56,654 nt of DNA from Deltaproteobacteria bacterium. GTDB lineage: Bacteria; Myxococcota_A; UBA9042. The stretch is from assembly GCA_016218865.1 (NCBI GenBank), contig JACRCU010000484.1, positions 1 to 56,654 on the forward strand, read 5' to 3'. How positions within the stretch are numbered: the first letter of the stretch is position 1; every line of letters starts with the position of its first letter. Positions 18,579 to 28,547 of the stretch are shown piece by piece. The notes under the pieces were generated by a model. It worked only from the letters and a program-made list of their open reading frames with translations. It had not been told where the DNA came from and searched no databases. Position numbers and translations under genes: made by a program.

Positions 18579-19230
18579 CGACCCGTCGCTGCGGCTGGCG
18601 GTCACCGAGATCTACGCATCCATCCAAGGCGAATCGACCCACGCGGGTCGGCCGTGCGCGTTCGTCCGCCTGGCCGGCTGCCCGCTGCGCTGCACTTGGT
18701 GCGACACCGAGTACAGCTTCGCGGCGGGCGAGCGGCGGTCGATCGACGACATCTGCCAACAAGTCAACAACTTGGGCGTCGCGCTGGTGGAGGTGACCGG
18801 CGGCGAGCCGCTGGCGCAAAAGCCGACGCCAGAGCTGCTGCGGGCGCTGTGCGAGGGCGGCTTCGAAGTGTTGATCGAGACGAGCGGCGCCTATCCGTGG
18901 CGGCACCTGGACCCGCGGGTCAAGATCATCGCGGACCTGAAGTGCCCCGGCTCGGCCGAGTCGCACCGCAACCTGCTGCCCGAGCTGGCGCAATTGCGCC
19001 CACAGGACGAGCTAAAGATCGTGGTGGCCAGCCGCGGCGACTTCGACTGGGCGCTGCAGGTACTGCGCGGCGAGCTGGCCGGGGTGGCGGCGACGGTGCT
19101 GTGGAGCGCGGTGTGGCAAAATGTCGCACTTGCCGACCTGGCGGCGTGGCTGCTGGCCGAGCGCGCCCCGGGCCGCATGCAAGTCCAGCTGCACAAGGTG
19201 ATCTGGCCCGACCTCGATCGCGGCGTGTAG
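18571..19230 (+). CDS. queE: 7-carboxy-7-deazaguanine synthase (radical SAM)
   Basis: EIYASIQGES..FVRLAGCPLRCTWCDT, TGGEPL, IETSG and QLHKVIW. Confidence 0.93.
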   Translation: MSSDPSLRLAVTEIYASIQGESTHAGRPCAFVRLAGCPLRCTWCDTEYSFAAGERRSIDDICQQVNNLGVALVEVTGGEPLAQKPTPELLRALCEGGFEVLIETSGAYPWRHLDPRVKIIADLKCPGSAESHRNLLPELAQLRPQDELKIVVASRGDFDWALQVLRGELAGVAATVLWSAVWQNVALADLAAWLLAERAPGRMQVQLHKVIWPDLDRGV

Positions 19231-19238
19231 GCCGCAGT

Positions 19239-21359
19239 TCAAGGTCCGATCAAGTCGCCCACGTGCCGGTCGAGCCACTGCAGCTGCAGGAGCAAGACCT
19301 GCACCGCGTCCAGGGCCGGCCCGTACAGCTGGGGAGCGGCCGGCGCATCCTGCAACCCCGCCAGCGCCAAAGACATTCCGTAGGCCGCCCGGCTGCCCAG
19401 CAGGAGCGCGGCCAGCCCCTGGTCGCCTGGATCGTTGCCGCCCGCTTGGCGATAGCCCTGCCGCAAGGCGCGCGCCAGCTCGGGTCGCGCCGCCGGATCC
19501 TGGTGCGTAGTCAAGCGCTTCCAGTTGGCGGACGTCCGGCAGATGGCTTGGGCGAGATCGCTCTCTGGGAAGTCCCAGGCGGCGTAGTCGAAGTCCAGGG
19601 CGCCAACCACCCGTGCCTGCCGCCCCTCCCCCTGCCACTGCAGGTTGTGCCAGCCAAAGTCGCCGTGGACGATGCCATGCGGCCGATTCCGTAAGGTCTG
19701 CGCCAACGTACCGAGCCAAGGCTCCAGCAGGGCCTGCAGCTGGTCGCCCAGCGCCTCGCCCTGGTCGAACAGGCCCAGCTGAGCACGCAAAGCTAGCCAA
19801 TGGCTGGGGTTTTCGTGCAGGCGCAGCAGCGGCGCCACCGCGCTCGACAGGCCCTGCGGCGCGCGCTGCCAGCCACCGACGCGCTGCAACCCCTGATGCA
19901 ACTTGGCCAAGGCCGCGCCCATCGCCTCCGCCTGGCCGGGCTCCAGCTGGAGCAGGGGCTCCTTCACGGTCTGGCGCAGTGGCTGGCCGGCAATGGCGTG
20001 CTGCACCACTGCGAAGCCGCCGCCGCACGGCTGGGCCGCCTGACCCTGGCCATCGCGCAGCGGTTGCGGCACGGCCAGGCCCAAATCCGCTTGCCGCGCC
20101 AAACGTTCTTCCAGGTCGGCGGTCTGCTCCACGTGCTCGGCACTGCGCCGCCCGGGCAGATAGCACTTGGCGTACAGGTCGCTGGCGCCAGCCTGCTGCA
20201 GCTGGACCAGCAGGGCGTTGTGCCCCATGCGGAGCCGCGCCACTTGCCAGTCGGACCCGGTCGCCACTTGGGCAAGCACCTCCGGCACTTGCTCTAGAAT
20301 CTGCCGCACCGCCGTGGTGGCCTTGCCGGCCTGGGCGTCGACGCGACCGTCCAGAGCCATGGCGCGCTGCATCGCCGCCTCAGCCCGGTCGTCGTGGCCC
20401 AACTCGGCACAAACGCGGGCCATTTCCAGCCAAGCGCCGGCGTGCTCGGGGGCGCGCGCCAGCACCGACTCCAACAGCGGCAGCGCCCGATCGGCCTGAC
20501 CGCGGCGAGTGAGCGCGTCGGCCCAAGCCAGCAGCGTGCTCGGGGCCAGTGCGCCGCGGTTGGCCAGCGGCTCTAGCACGGTCACCGCGCGCTCGGTCTG
20601 TCCGCACAGCAGCAGCGCCTCGCCCAGCAGTTGCTGGAAGGCATCGACCTGCGGCCGCAGCTGCACCGCCTGATTCGCCGCCTGGCGCGCCGCCTCGGGT
20701 TGACGCAGCGCGACCCAGCGCACTGCCCGCAGCCCGGCCAAGGCGGCAGGGTCGGCGCCGGCCTGTTCCAGTGTGCTCAGCGCCCCTTCCATGGCGTCGC
20801 TGGCGCCCAACTCGGGGGCAAGTCGCTGCACGGCCGCCAGAACGAGGGGCGCTGGAGCGGCCGGTTGCAGGTCCAAAAGGCCCTGGAGCGCCTCGTCGGC
20901 CACGTCGAGTCGGCCAAGATCGGCCGCAGTATCGACAAGTTGCGCCCAGGCCTCGGCCGCGGTCGCGGGATCGTCGGTGGCCTCGGCCAGCCAAGCCAAG
21001 GCGTCGTCGCCGCGTCCCGCCGCCAAGAAGTCGTTCGCCAGCAGCAGTGCTGGGCGACCACCGCCGCGCGGATGCCGGGCCGCTCGCGCCAGCAGCTGCG
21101 CCCGCCGATCCGCGCGCGTCCCAGACAGTTGCGCAAGGGCCATCCAAGCGGCGGGGTCGTCGATACCGCGCTCGACGGCAGCTTCCAGGTGGTCGCGGGC
21201 CCCCTGGGGATCGTCCAGGGCCAGCGCCAGCTTGCCGATGAGCGCGTGCAGGGCCGCAGGATCCGCGTCGGTCCGCGCCAGCCCGGCCAGCGCCGCCGCG
21301 CGCGCCCCTGCCAGATCGCCCACTTGCAGGGCCTGGCGGATGCGGTCAGCGGGATGCAC
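19239..21359 (-). CDS. TPR-repeat protein fused to APH/homoserine-kinase-II-like phosphotransferase
   Basis: About 340 aa of TPR-like helices, then LAKLH, IVHGDFGWHNL and GALDFD. Confidence 0.75.
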   Translation of the reverse strand: MHPADRIRQALQVGDLAGARAAALAGLARTDADPAALHALIGKLALALDDPQGARDHLEAAVERGIDDPAAWMALAQLSGTRADRRAQLLARAARHPRGGGRPALLLANDFLAAGRGDDALAWLAEATDDPATAAEAWAQLVDTAADLGRLDVADEALQGLLDLQPAAPAPLVLAAVQRLAPELGASDAMEGALSTLEQAGADPAALAGLRAVRWVALRQPEAARQAANQAVQLRPQVDAFQQLLGEALLLCGQTERAVTVLEPLANRGALAPSTLLAWADALTRRGQADRALPLLESVLARAPEHAGAWLEMARVCAELGHDDRAEAAMQRAMALDGRVDAQAGKATTAVRQILEQVPEVLAQVATGSDWQVARLRMGHNALLVQLQQAGASDLYAKCYLPGRRSAEHVEQTADLEERLARQADLGLAVPQPLRDGQGQAAQPCGGGFAVVQHAIAGQPLRQTVKEPLLQLEPGQAEAMGAALAKLHQGLQRVGGWQRAPQGLSSAVAPLLRLHENPSHWLALRAQLGLFDQGEALGDQLQALLEPWLGTLAQTLRNRPHGIVHGDFGWHNLQWQGEGRQARVVGALDFDYAAWDFPESDLAQAICRTSANWKRLTTHQDPAARPELARALRQGYRQAGGNDPGDQGLAALLLGSRAAYGMSLALAGLQDAPAAPQLYGPALDAVQVLLLQLQWLDRHVGDLIGP

Positions 21360-22638
21360 GTTCGGCCTCGTCGACGTGGGCCTGCCATTGGCGGCAGGCA
21401 GCGGTCACCCGCGCCACACCAAGGCGCTCGGCCAGTTCGTGGGCGGCGGTCAGTTCGGCGCGCGCCTGCCGATAAAGGCCTTGAGCCGTCAGAACTTGCG
21501 CCACCACCCAGCGCGCCTGAGCGTGGGCCACCGGCTGCAGCAGCTCGGCCGCCAACTGCGCCGCGATCCGCGCGTCCTGCCGCGCTTCGTCGCTGCGCTC
21601 CTGCGCCAGCAGGGCCTGGGCCCGCGCCAGCCGCCCCTGCAGCTCGCGGTGCGGGTCGCGGTTGGCCTGGGCTTCGGCGATCCACAGCGCCGCATCGGCG
21701 TGCGACAAGCTGGGCTCCTGGTTGGCCTGCATAGCATCCAACGCCGCCTGCGCCAGGGCGGCCAGCTCGGGCCGGGTCCGCCGCGCCAGGTCACGCAACT
21801 CTGCCGCCGTGCTCGGGTTCTCTGGGTCCAGGCCCAGTTGCGCCAGCGCGCGCCACAGCCGCAGCTCGTCGCCCTGGGCGTCGCCCCACGCCAGATCGCC
21901 CAAGCCCAGGTCGCTCGCCTCGATCGCCTCGACGAAGTGGCCGCCCTGCACTGCCAGCCGCGCCCGCAGCCCGGCCGCCGCCGCCCGCAGCGCCGCCTGC
22001 TCGGGGGGCAAAAGCTGCGCCGTCCCATGCGCTTGCCTGGCATACTCCAGCGCCTGGCCGCGGTCGCCGTCCTGCTCGGCTTGCTCGGCCAGCACGCACG
22101 CCCCCTGCACCTGGGCGCCGCGGTCGCCGGCCAAGTGACCCTGGTCGATCAGCCCCTGTCCCACTACCCGCACGCCCTGGGTGTGGCCGCCGGTCACCAG
22201 CAGCGTCAGCAGCACCTGCAGCGTCGCCACCCGCGGCCGCGGATCGGCCAGCGCCGTGGCCAGGCGATCGGCCTCGGCGGCAAAGGCGATCGCCACGCGC
22301 GGCTCGGCCTCGACCGTGGCGGCCTGGCACAGCAGCCGGGCGCGAACCGCGCCATCCAGGTCCATCGCCAAGTACTTGCCCAGCACCTGCCGCGCCTCGC
22401 TCGGCTGGCTCAGGGCCGCCAACAGCTCCGCCAGGTGACTGGCCAGCAGCGCGCCCAGCTCGGGGTCGGCGGCGGCCGGGTCTTGCAGCAACTGCCGCAG
22501 GATGTCGGCGGCTTGGGCGTACTGGCCATCGGCCGCCAGCGCCAGCGCCCCGGCCAGAGCGGCGGCAAATTCCGGCGGTGCCTCGGCAGCGCGGCCCGGA
22601 TCGGCGCCTTCAGGGTTTTGATTCGGGTCCAGCGGCAT
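21346..22638 (-). CDS. Hypothetical all-helical TPR-like protein
   Basis: Ala/Leu-rich helical repeats; overlaps the downstream gene by 14 nt; GAGGTG RBS. Confidence 0.6.
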   Translation of the reverse strand: MPLDPNQNPEGADPGRAAEAPPEFAAALAGALALAADGQYAQAADILRQLLQDPAAADPELGALLASHLAELLAALSQPSEARQVLGKYLAMDLDGAVRARLLCQAATVEAEPRVAIAFAAEADRLATALADPRPRVATLQVLLTLLVTGGHTQGVRVVGQGLIDQGHLAGDRGAQVQGACVLAEQAEQDGDRGQALEYARQAHGTAQLLPPEQAALRAAAAGLRARLAVQGGHFVEAIEASDLGLGDLAWGDAQGDELRLWRALAQLGLDPENPSTAAELRDLARRTRPELAALAQAALDAMQANQEPSLSHADAALWIAEAQANRDPHRELQGRLARAQALLAQERSDEARQDARIAAQLAAELLQPVAHAQARWVVAQVLTAQGLYRQARAELTAAHELAERLGVARVTAACRQWQAHVDEAERASR

Positions 22639-22733
22639 TTCGGCACCTCATCGCCGCGCCGACCTTGCCGCTGGGGCCGGGCTGTGTCAAGAAGCACACC
22701 ACCCGGCGCCGCGACGCGCACTTGCGAGACTCC

Positions 22734-24089
22734 ATGGCCAGCGCGCCGACTGTGAACGACGACCGACCCTTTGGCGTGCGCCTGCGCCAGGACCTGAACG
22801 CCCTGGTGCGCGGGCCGCGCGAGCTGTGGCTGCTGTTCGCCCTGAAATTCCTAGAAAGCGTCGCGCACTTCGCCATCTACAACCTGCTGGCGGTCTACCT
22901 GAGCGAGGACCTGCACTACGGCGACCAGCAAGCGGGCATCATCGCCGGCACGTGGCTGACCGCGGTGTCGATCGTCATGTTCTTCTCGGGTTTCATCGCC
23001 GACGTGATGGGCATCCGCAAGGCGATGCTGCTGGCGGTCTCGTCGGTGTTGGTGGGCCGCACCATGATGGCGGTGCTCCACGACCCGGTGCTGCCGCTGG
23101 TGGGCCTGGGCATCTCGACCTGGGGCGTGGCGTCGATGATTCCAACGATGACCGCTGGCGTGCGCCGCTACACCACCAAGGACACGGTTTCGTTTGGCTT
23201 TTCGCTGTTCTACGTGATCATGAACGTGGGCGCGCTGGTGGCGCCGCTGCTGGTGGGGTCGCTGCGCGGCTGGCTCAAAGCCGGCCTGGACTTCGACTTG
23301 TTGGGTCTGCACGCCCACTTCTCCACCAGTCAGCTGGTGTTCAGTGTCGCCTCGGCCGTGACAGCGCTGTCGGGTGTGCTGGCCCTGGGTCTGACCGGCG
23401 AGCCTGCCGTCGACAAGGACGCTCCGCCCAAAAACAATTCGCTGCTGGCCGTGCTGAAGGACGTGGCGGGCGAGCGGGCCTTTTGGGGCTTCATGCTGTT
23501 CGTCAGCCTGTTGGTGTTGGTGCGTTTGATCTTCCAGCACGCGCACTTGACGTGGCCCAAGTACACCCAGCGCGAGATCAGCCCGGACTTCAACTTCGCG
23601 TTTTACTGGGCAATCAACCCGGCAATGATCATCCTGCTCACGCCGTTGGTGACCGCTCTGACCCGGCGGCTGCCGGCGTTCTGGTGCATCGTGACCGGAT
23701 CGCTGATCACCACTGCCTCGGTGTTCTTCCTGGCAGCTTCGTCGGCGGTGTGGGCGCAAGTGGCCTTCATCGTGACCCTTTCGCTGGGCGAGACGCTGTG
23801 GTCGCCGCGTCTGTACGAATACACGGCCACCGTGGCGCCGCCGGGGCGCGAGGCGTCGTACATGGGCCTGTCGCAAGTGCCGATGTTCGTAGCCAAACCG
23901 GTGGTGGGTTGGATGTCGGGTTGGATGCTCGCCACCTGGTGCCCAGACACCGGTCCGCGCGACGCCCAGTTCATGTGGCTCATCATCGGCCTGACCACCC
24001 TGGTGGGCCCGTTGGCCATCGTGGGCTTGAAGAAAGCCATCGAAACGGGCAAGAATTCGCCAGGCAACGCTGCCACAGCCGCTGCGTAG
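22734..24089 (+). CDS. MFS transporter, POT/oligopeptide-like
   Basis: About 12 hydrophobic segments; GFIADVMGIRKAM (MFS motif A), GFSLFYVIMNVG, AINP and GETLWSP. Confidence 0.85.
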   Translation: MASAPTVNDDRPFGVRLRQDLNALVRGPRELWLLFALKFLESVAHFAIYNLLAVYLSEDLHYGDQQAGIIAGTWLTAVSIVMFFSGFIADVMGIRKAMLLAVSSVLVGRTMMAVLHDPVLPLVGLGISTWGVASMIPTMTAGVRRYTTKDTVSFGFSLFYVIMNVGALVAPLLVGSLRGWLKAGLDFDLLGLHAHFSTSQLVFSVASAVTALSGVLALGLTGEPAVDKDAPPKNNSLLAVLKDVAGERAFWGFMLFVSLLVLVRLIFQHAHLTWPKYTQREISPDFNFAFYWAINPAMIILLTPLVTALTRRLPAFWCIVTGSLITTASVFFLAASSAVWAQVAFIVTLSLGETLWSPRLYEYTATVAPPGREASYMGLSQVPMFVAKPVVGWMSGWMLATWCPDTGPRDAQFMWLIIGLTTLVGPLAIVGLKKAIETGKNSPGNAATAAA

Positions 24090-24219
24090 ACCGCGGTGAC
24101 GTCCTCGGGCGTCGAACAGTCACCGCCCGGGCCTGCCGCAGGTGGCACGCGTTCGCGGCGCACCCCATCGTGTGCAACGTACCCATTCGTCCCTATCCGT
24201 TTTTGGCAAGGAGTCGCTC

Positions 24220-27033
24220 ATGAAAACTCTGTTTCAGCACCGCCACTGGTCGCGCTATCTGGCGGGCCTGTGCAGCTTCGGCGCCACCATGTGCCTGGGT
24301 CTGCTGCCCGCGATCGCCGACGCGCCGCGCAAAGCGATGTTCTCGGCCAATCAGACCGGCACGCCCGCGCCGTCGTTCTTGAGCGGGGCCCTGGGCATGA
24401 ATGCCAGCGCCCTGGGCGAGGTCAAGCCCGACAACGACAAGGTGGCGATCCGCCTGGCCACCGACGTGTTCAACCGCGAGTTCCTGCTGCAGGCCGCCTA
24501 TACCGAATTCGAGGAAACGCCCAAGTTCCACGGCCTCAAGTCGCGCATCGTCAACTTTAGGAAAATGCACAACAAGGTCTACATGATCGAGGCGTCGGCG
24601 GGCAACACCGGCTCCGAGGACATGCCGACCACGCTGCTGCTGGCCGAGTTCCCCATCGTGGGCGAGACCGGCGACTGGGTGGAGATCGACTGGGGCGCGG
24701 GCATGAAGAACGTGTTTGCTTCCGAAGAGATGCACGCCTCGGACACTGGCGACGGCAGCCAGGCCACGCCGATGCTGCGCGCCTACAAGATCCGCTTCGA
24801 CTTCGTCGACTCGGCGGTGGTGACCAGCGAGAACCAGATCGTCATCCGCCAGGTCGCCCAGCTGGAAGTGCCCGATCGCCAAGGCGCCATGGAGCCCACG
24901 GTCGAGATCAAGTACTACCTGACGCTGTACCAGCCCGACAAGTCCTTCAAGCCCACGGTATCCAAGGGCTTCCAGAAGATGGGCTTCTTCGAAGTCGCAC
25001 CGCAGCTGGAAAAGGGCGGCGGTCAGGTCATCTATGCGGCCAAGTACAACATCGCCAAGCCCATCGTCTATGCCATCAGCGCCAACACCCCGGCCGAGTA
25101 CAAGAAGGCGGTCAAGGAAGGCGTGTTGTACTGGAACAAGGTGCTGGGCGAAGACCGCATTCAGGTGGTGGACGCGCCGGCCGGAATCGTGCCGCCCGAC
25201 TTCAACTTGAACATCATCCAGTGGATCAACTACGAGGCCGCGGGCGCTGCCTATGCCGACGCGCAGATGGACCCGCGCACGGGCGAAATCCTGCACGCCC
25301 AAGTGTACTTGCCCAGCTCGTTTGCCATCGGCGGCAAGGAGTTGGCGCGCGCCGCGGTGTTGCGCTCGCAGGCGGGCACGGTGGGCTCGGCGCCGCGGGC
25401 CAAGACTGCCGGTTTGGTGATGGGCGGCGGCAAGACCAGCCAGCTCTGCAACCTGGATCTCGCGGACTTTGCGTCGCATTCCATCGCCGGACTGGACGCG
25501 ATCCTCAGCCCCGAGGTGCCCGACGACAAGTTGCTGAAGGCGAGCCAGGACACCATCCGCGCCGTGGTGGCGCACGAAGTTGGCCACACCCTGGGTCTGC
25601 GCCACAATTTCGCCGGCTCGCTGGCCTCGAACCTGCCGCGCGACGAGGTCGACCAGATCTTTGCCGCCTACCTGGCCGGCAAGACCAGCCAGAAACTGCC
25701 CTCGTCCACGGTGATGGACTACCTGGAACAGCGCGAGATGATGATGATGGGCGACCAGATCGCCCGCGGCGTGGTGCTGGACTACGACAAGAAGGCCATG
25801 GCCGCGCTGTACAAAGGCAAGGACACGCCGCCGGAAGAAATGCCGCCGTTCTGCACCGACTCGGCCGTGGGCAAGTACCTGGACTGTCAGCGGTTCGACG
25901 CCGGCAAAAGCGTCATCTCGTCGCGCACCAGCCGGGTGGCCCTGAACAGCGAGCAAGTCGCGCAGACCGTTCTGGAAGTGGCGGTAGCCCTGACCAAGAC
26001 GCCGCCCAAGGGCGTGCAGCCGATGGCCGTAGAAAAGCTGTCGTTCAACCCGCAGGCGCTGGCGCGTTTCATCTTGGGCGAGCGGCACTTGCTGTTCGCG
26101 GCGCTGAGCGAGCAGGTCCAGCTGCTGGGCATCCGCCGCAACCTGGCCTTCGAAGGTCCGCTGCAAGACGAAGAGGCCAAGGTCGCCGAGCTGGAGTACC
26201 TGGCCAAGGAGTTCGAGGCTGCGGGCGGCGTGGCCAAGGTGTTCGCGCCCTTGCCGGCCGACTACGCGGACAAGGTCCTGGCGCACTGGAACGCGCTGCT
26301 GGCCGACAAGCGCTTCATCTCGGGCAAGCGCAAAGACGGCTCGACCTGGCAGTACAGCGACGCGGAGGTGGTCAAGCTCAAGAAGTTCGGCGAGATTCTG
26401 TTCGGCAAGATGAAGCGGTCGCTGGTGATCGAGGACATCCTGGTGATGGCCGGCGCGGCCTTTGGCGGCAAGCTGCGGCTGGTCGACCACGATCTGTCGC
26501 GCGATCTGGCGGCGGTGCTCGAGCAGCGCGGGCTGGAGATCATCACGGCCACCGTGCCCGGCCAGGACATCGTCGTGCCGCTCGACGGCCCGGCGTCCAA
26601 GTTTTTCGCCGAGCAGTTCATCGACGCCGAACAGGTGCAAGTACCCACAGTCAAGGGGATTTCTGGCGCACTCGGTGGCTTCCCAGAAGTGCCGCTGACG
26701 CCCAAGCCGGGCTCGGGTACGCCGGGCAAGCCGGCAGTGGCGGGTACGCCCCCGGCGACGCCTCCGCCCCCCAAGGTCCTGACGCTGCCGCGGTTTGTCT
26801 ATCCGCTGGAAATTCGCCGCGCCGCCGCCGGTCTGCTGGCGCCGGGACGCTGCAGTGCGCCGGAGTGGGGCCTGGCCGAGCGGGTGCGCTTGCACGTCAG
26901 CTACATGAAATTCGTGCAGGCCGCCCTGGCGGGCAAGCTTCCGCCCGGCGAGCTGCGCCCCGACGCGCTGCCGCGGCCGCTGCTGCGCTGGCTGGTCGAG
27001 ATGAAGATGGTCGAGGCGTCGATCGGCGGCTGA
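24220..27033 (+). CDS. Secreted zinc metalloprotease, EcxA/DUF4953-like metzincin
   Basis: AAGGAG RBS and signal peptide; DPRTGEIL, HEVGHTLGLRHNF and Met-turn STVMDY. Confidence 0.85.
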   Translation: MKTLFQHRHWSRYLAGLCSFGATMCLGLLPAIADAPRKAMFSANQTGTPAPSFLSGALGMNASALGEVKPDNDKVAIRLATDVFNREFLLQAAYTEFEETPKFHGLKSRIVNFRKMHNKVYMIEASAGNTGSEDMPTTLLLAEFPIVGETGDWVEIDWGAGMKNVFASEEMHASDTGDGSQATPMLRAYKIRFDFVDSAVVTSENQIVIRQVAQLEVPDRQGAMEPTVEIKYYLTLYQPDKSFKPTVSKGFQKMGFFEVAPQLEKGGGQVIYAAKYNIAKPIVYAISANTPAEYKKAVKEGVLYWNKVLGEDRIQVVDAPAGIVPPDFNLNIIQWINYEAAGAAYADAQMDPRTGEILHAQVYLPSSFAIGGKELARAAVLRSQAGTVGSAPRAKTAGLVMGGGKTSQLCNLDLADFASHSIAGLDAILSPEVPDDKLLKASQDTIRAVVAHEVGHTLGLRHNFAGSLASNLPRDEVDQIFAAYLAGKTSQKLPSSTVMDYLEQREMMMMGDQIARGVVLDYDKKAMAALYKGKDTPPEEMPPFCTDSAVGKYLDCQRFDAGKSVISSRTSRVALNSEQVAQTVLEVAVALTKTPPKGVQPMAVEKLSFNPQALARFILGERHLLFAALSEQVQLLGIRRNLAFEGPLQDEEAKVAELEYLAKEFEAAGGVAKVFAPLPADYADKVLAHWNALLADKRFISGKRKDGSTWQYSDAEVVKLKKFGEILFGKMKRSLVIEDILVMAGAAFGGKLRLVDHDLSRDLAAVLEQRGLEIITATVPGQDIVVPLDGPASKFFAEQFIDAEQVQVPTVKGISGALGGFPEVPLTPKPGSGTPGKPAVAGTPPATPPPPKVLTLPRFVYPLEIRRAAAGLLAPGRCSAPEWGLAERVRLHVSYMKFVQAALAGKLPPGELRPDALPRPLLRWLVEMKMVEASIGG

Positions 27034-27101
27034 TTCTCTAGCCGAATCACGATCTTGCCGCTAGCTGGCGCCGCCCACCGGATGGGCGTATCATCCCCGC
27101 C

Positions 27102-28433
27102 ATGAACCGCTGGTCGTCGATCCTCGCCTTCGTCGCCTGCCTGGCCAGTTCGCTGGCGGCCCCTGCCTTGGCGGCCCCCAAGGCCGACTCGCCCAAGGTG
27201 GTGCGCGCCAAGGCCGAAGCGCTCAACGCCGAAGCCAAAGAAGCCTTCAAGTCCGGTCAGTTCGATCGCGCCGCCGAGCTGTTCATGCAGGTCTACGACC
27301 TGAGCAAGCAGCCGGCCGCCGTCTACAACGCCGCGCGCGCGCGCGAGCAGGGCGGCAAGCTGGTCGAGGCCAAGGCGCTGTTCGAGCTGTTCCTGCGCCT
27401 GGAGCGCACGGCCAAGGGCCAGGAAGACGCCAAGAAGCGCATCGCCGACATCGACGCCAAGCTCAAGCAAGATGCCGAGGACAAGGCCAAAGCCGAGGCA
27501 GAGGCCAAGGCCAAGGCCGAAGCCGAGCAGAAGGCCCGCCAAGAAGAGGCCGATCGCCGGCTGCGCGAGGCCGAGCAGAAAACCCGCGACGCCGAGCAGA
27601 AGGCCCGCGAGGCGCAGATCCTGGCCGAAAAGGAGCAGGCCGCCAAAGCCGAGGCCGAAGCCCGCGCCCGCGCCGAAGCCGAGGCCCGCGGGCGGATCGA
27701 GGCGGAAAAAAAGGCCAAGGAAGCGGAGTTGCGCGCCAAGGATGCCGAGGCCCGCGCCAAAGAAGCCGAGGCCCGCGCCCGCCAGGTGCCGGTGGGGCCG
27801 GCGCCAACGCCGCGCGCCAGCAACCCGCCGGCCGCGGACAAGACCCCGCCCGTAGCCACCGCGCCGCAGCCCAAGCCGCAGCCGGATCCGCTGCCGCCAG
27901 AGCCGACCAGCAAGAGCCTTTTGGGCGGCGTGGTGCTCGCGGCCCTGGGCGGTGCCAGCTTGCAGCAAGCCGCGCCCGACGCGCGCGCCAAGCCGGACTT
28001 GAGTTTTGGTGTGGGCGCCTGGGGTTGGATGTCGTGGGGCGCCAAAGGCGCCGCGCCGTGGTGGGCGGCGGTGTGCGAGGCGGGCTGGGAGGGCTACTCG
28101 GGCTTCTCGGTCAGCGGCACCGCGGCAACGCCGACCGGGCTGGTGGCGGGCGGCGGGATCGCGCTGCCCCGGCTGGCGGGCCTGATGGTGACGGTCAAGC
28201 GCCACCAGGTGCAGTTGGCCAACGGCAAGCCCGATTTCGGCTACACCACCTTGGGCGTCCGGGTGGTGGTGGCGCCCAAGACCACCGTGGTCGCCCTGGG
28301 TTTCGAGGGTCTGGTCGCCTCGGATCGCTCCGACGTGGACCTGAAAGCCACCGACGAGTTTGGCTACGGCCCCGTCGGCCGGCTGACCCTGGAATTCGGC
28401 TTCAATATCGCCAACGCACCCCTTTCGAAGTAG
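27102..28433 (+). CDS. Exported protein: TPR, long A/E/K coiled coil, Pro linker, beta-rich C-terminus
   Basis: Signal peptide; FDRAAELF..YNAARAREQ TPR pattern; KAEAEAKAKAEAE-type helix. Confidence 0.65.
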   Translation: MNRWSSILAFVACLASSLAAPALAAPKADSPKVVRAKAEALNAEAKEAFKSGQFDRAAELFMQVYDLSKQPAAVYNAARAREQGGKLVEAKALFELFLRLERTAKGQEDAKKRIADIDAKLKQDAEDKAKAEAEAKAKAEAEQKARQEEADRRLREAEQKTRDAEQKAREAQILAEKEQAAKAEAEARARAEAEARGRIEAEKKAKEAELRAKDAEARAKEAEARARQVPVGPAPTPRASNPPAADKTPPVATAPQPKPQPDPLPPEPTSKSLLGGVVLAALGGASLQQAAPDARAKPDLSFGVGAWGWMSWGAKGAAPWWAAVCEAGWEGYSGFSVSGTAATPTGLVAGGGIALPRLAGLMVTVKRHQVQLANGKPDFGYTTLGVRVVVAPKTTVVALGFEGLVASDRSDVDLKATDEFGYGPVGRLTLEFGFNIANAPLSK

Positions 28434-28547
28434 CGCCGCTGGGGCCTTGCCGCCCCGATCCGGGCGCGCCGCGCCGCCAGCCGTTGCTGCAGGTGGGCGA
28501 TTGGGCTAGATTGCAGAGCAGACGCCGTCGCGTCGTGTGGAGTGCCT

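Noticed and set aside
24143-24157. TGGCACGCGTTCGC as a sigma54 promoter for the metalloprotease
   Set aside because: GG-to-GC spacing is 9 nt rather than the required 10.
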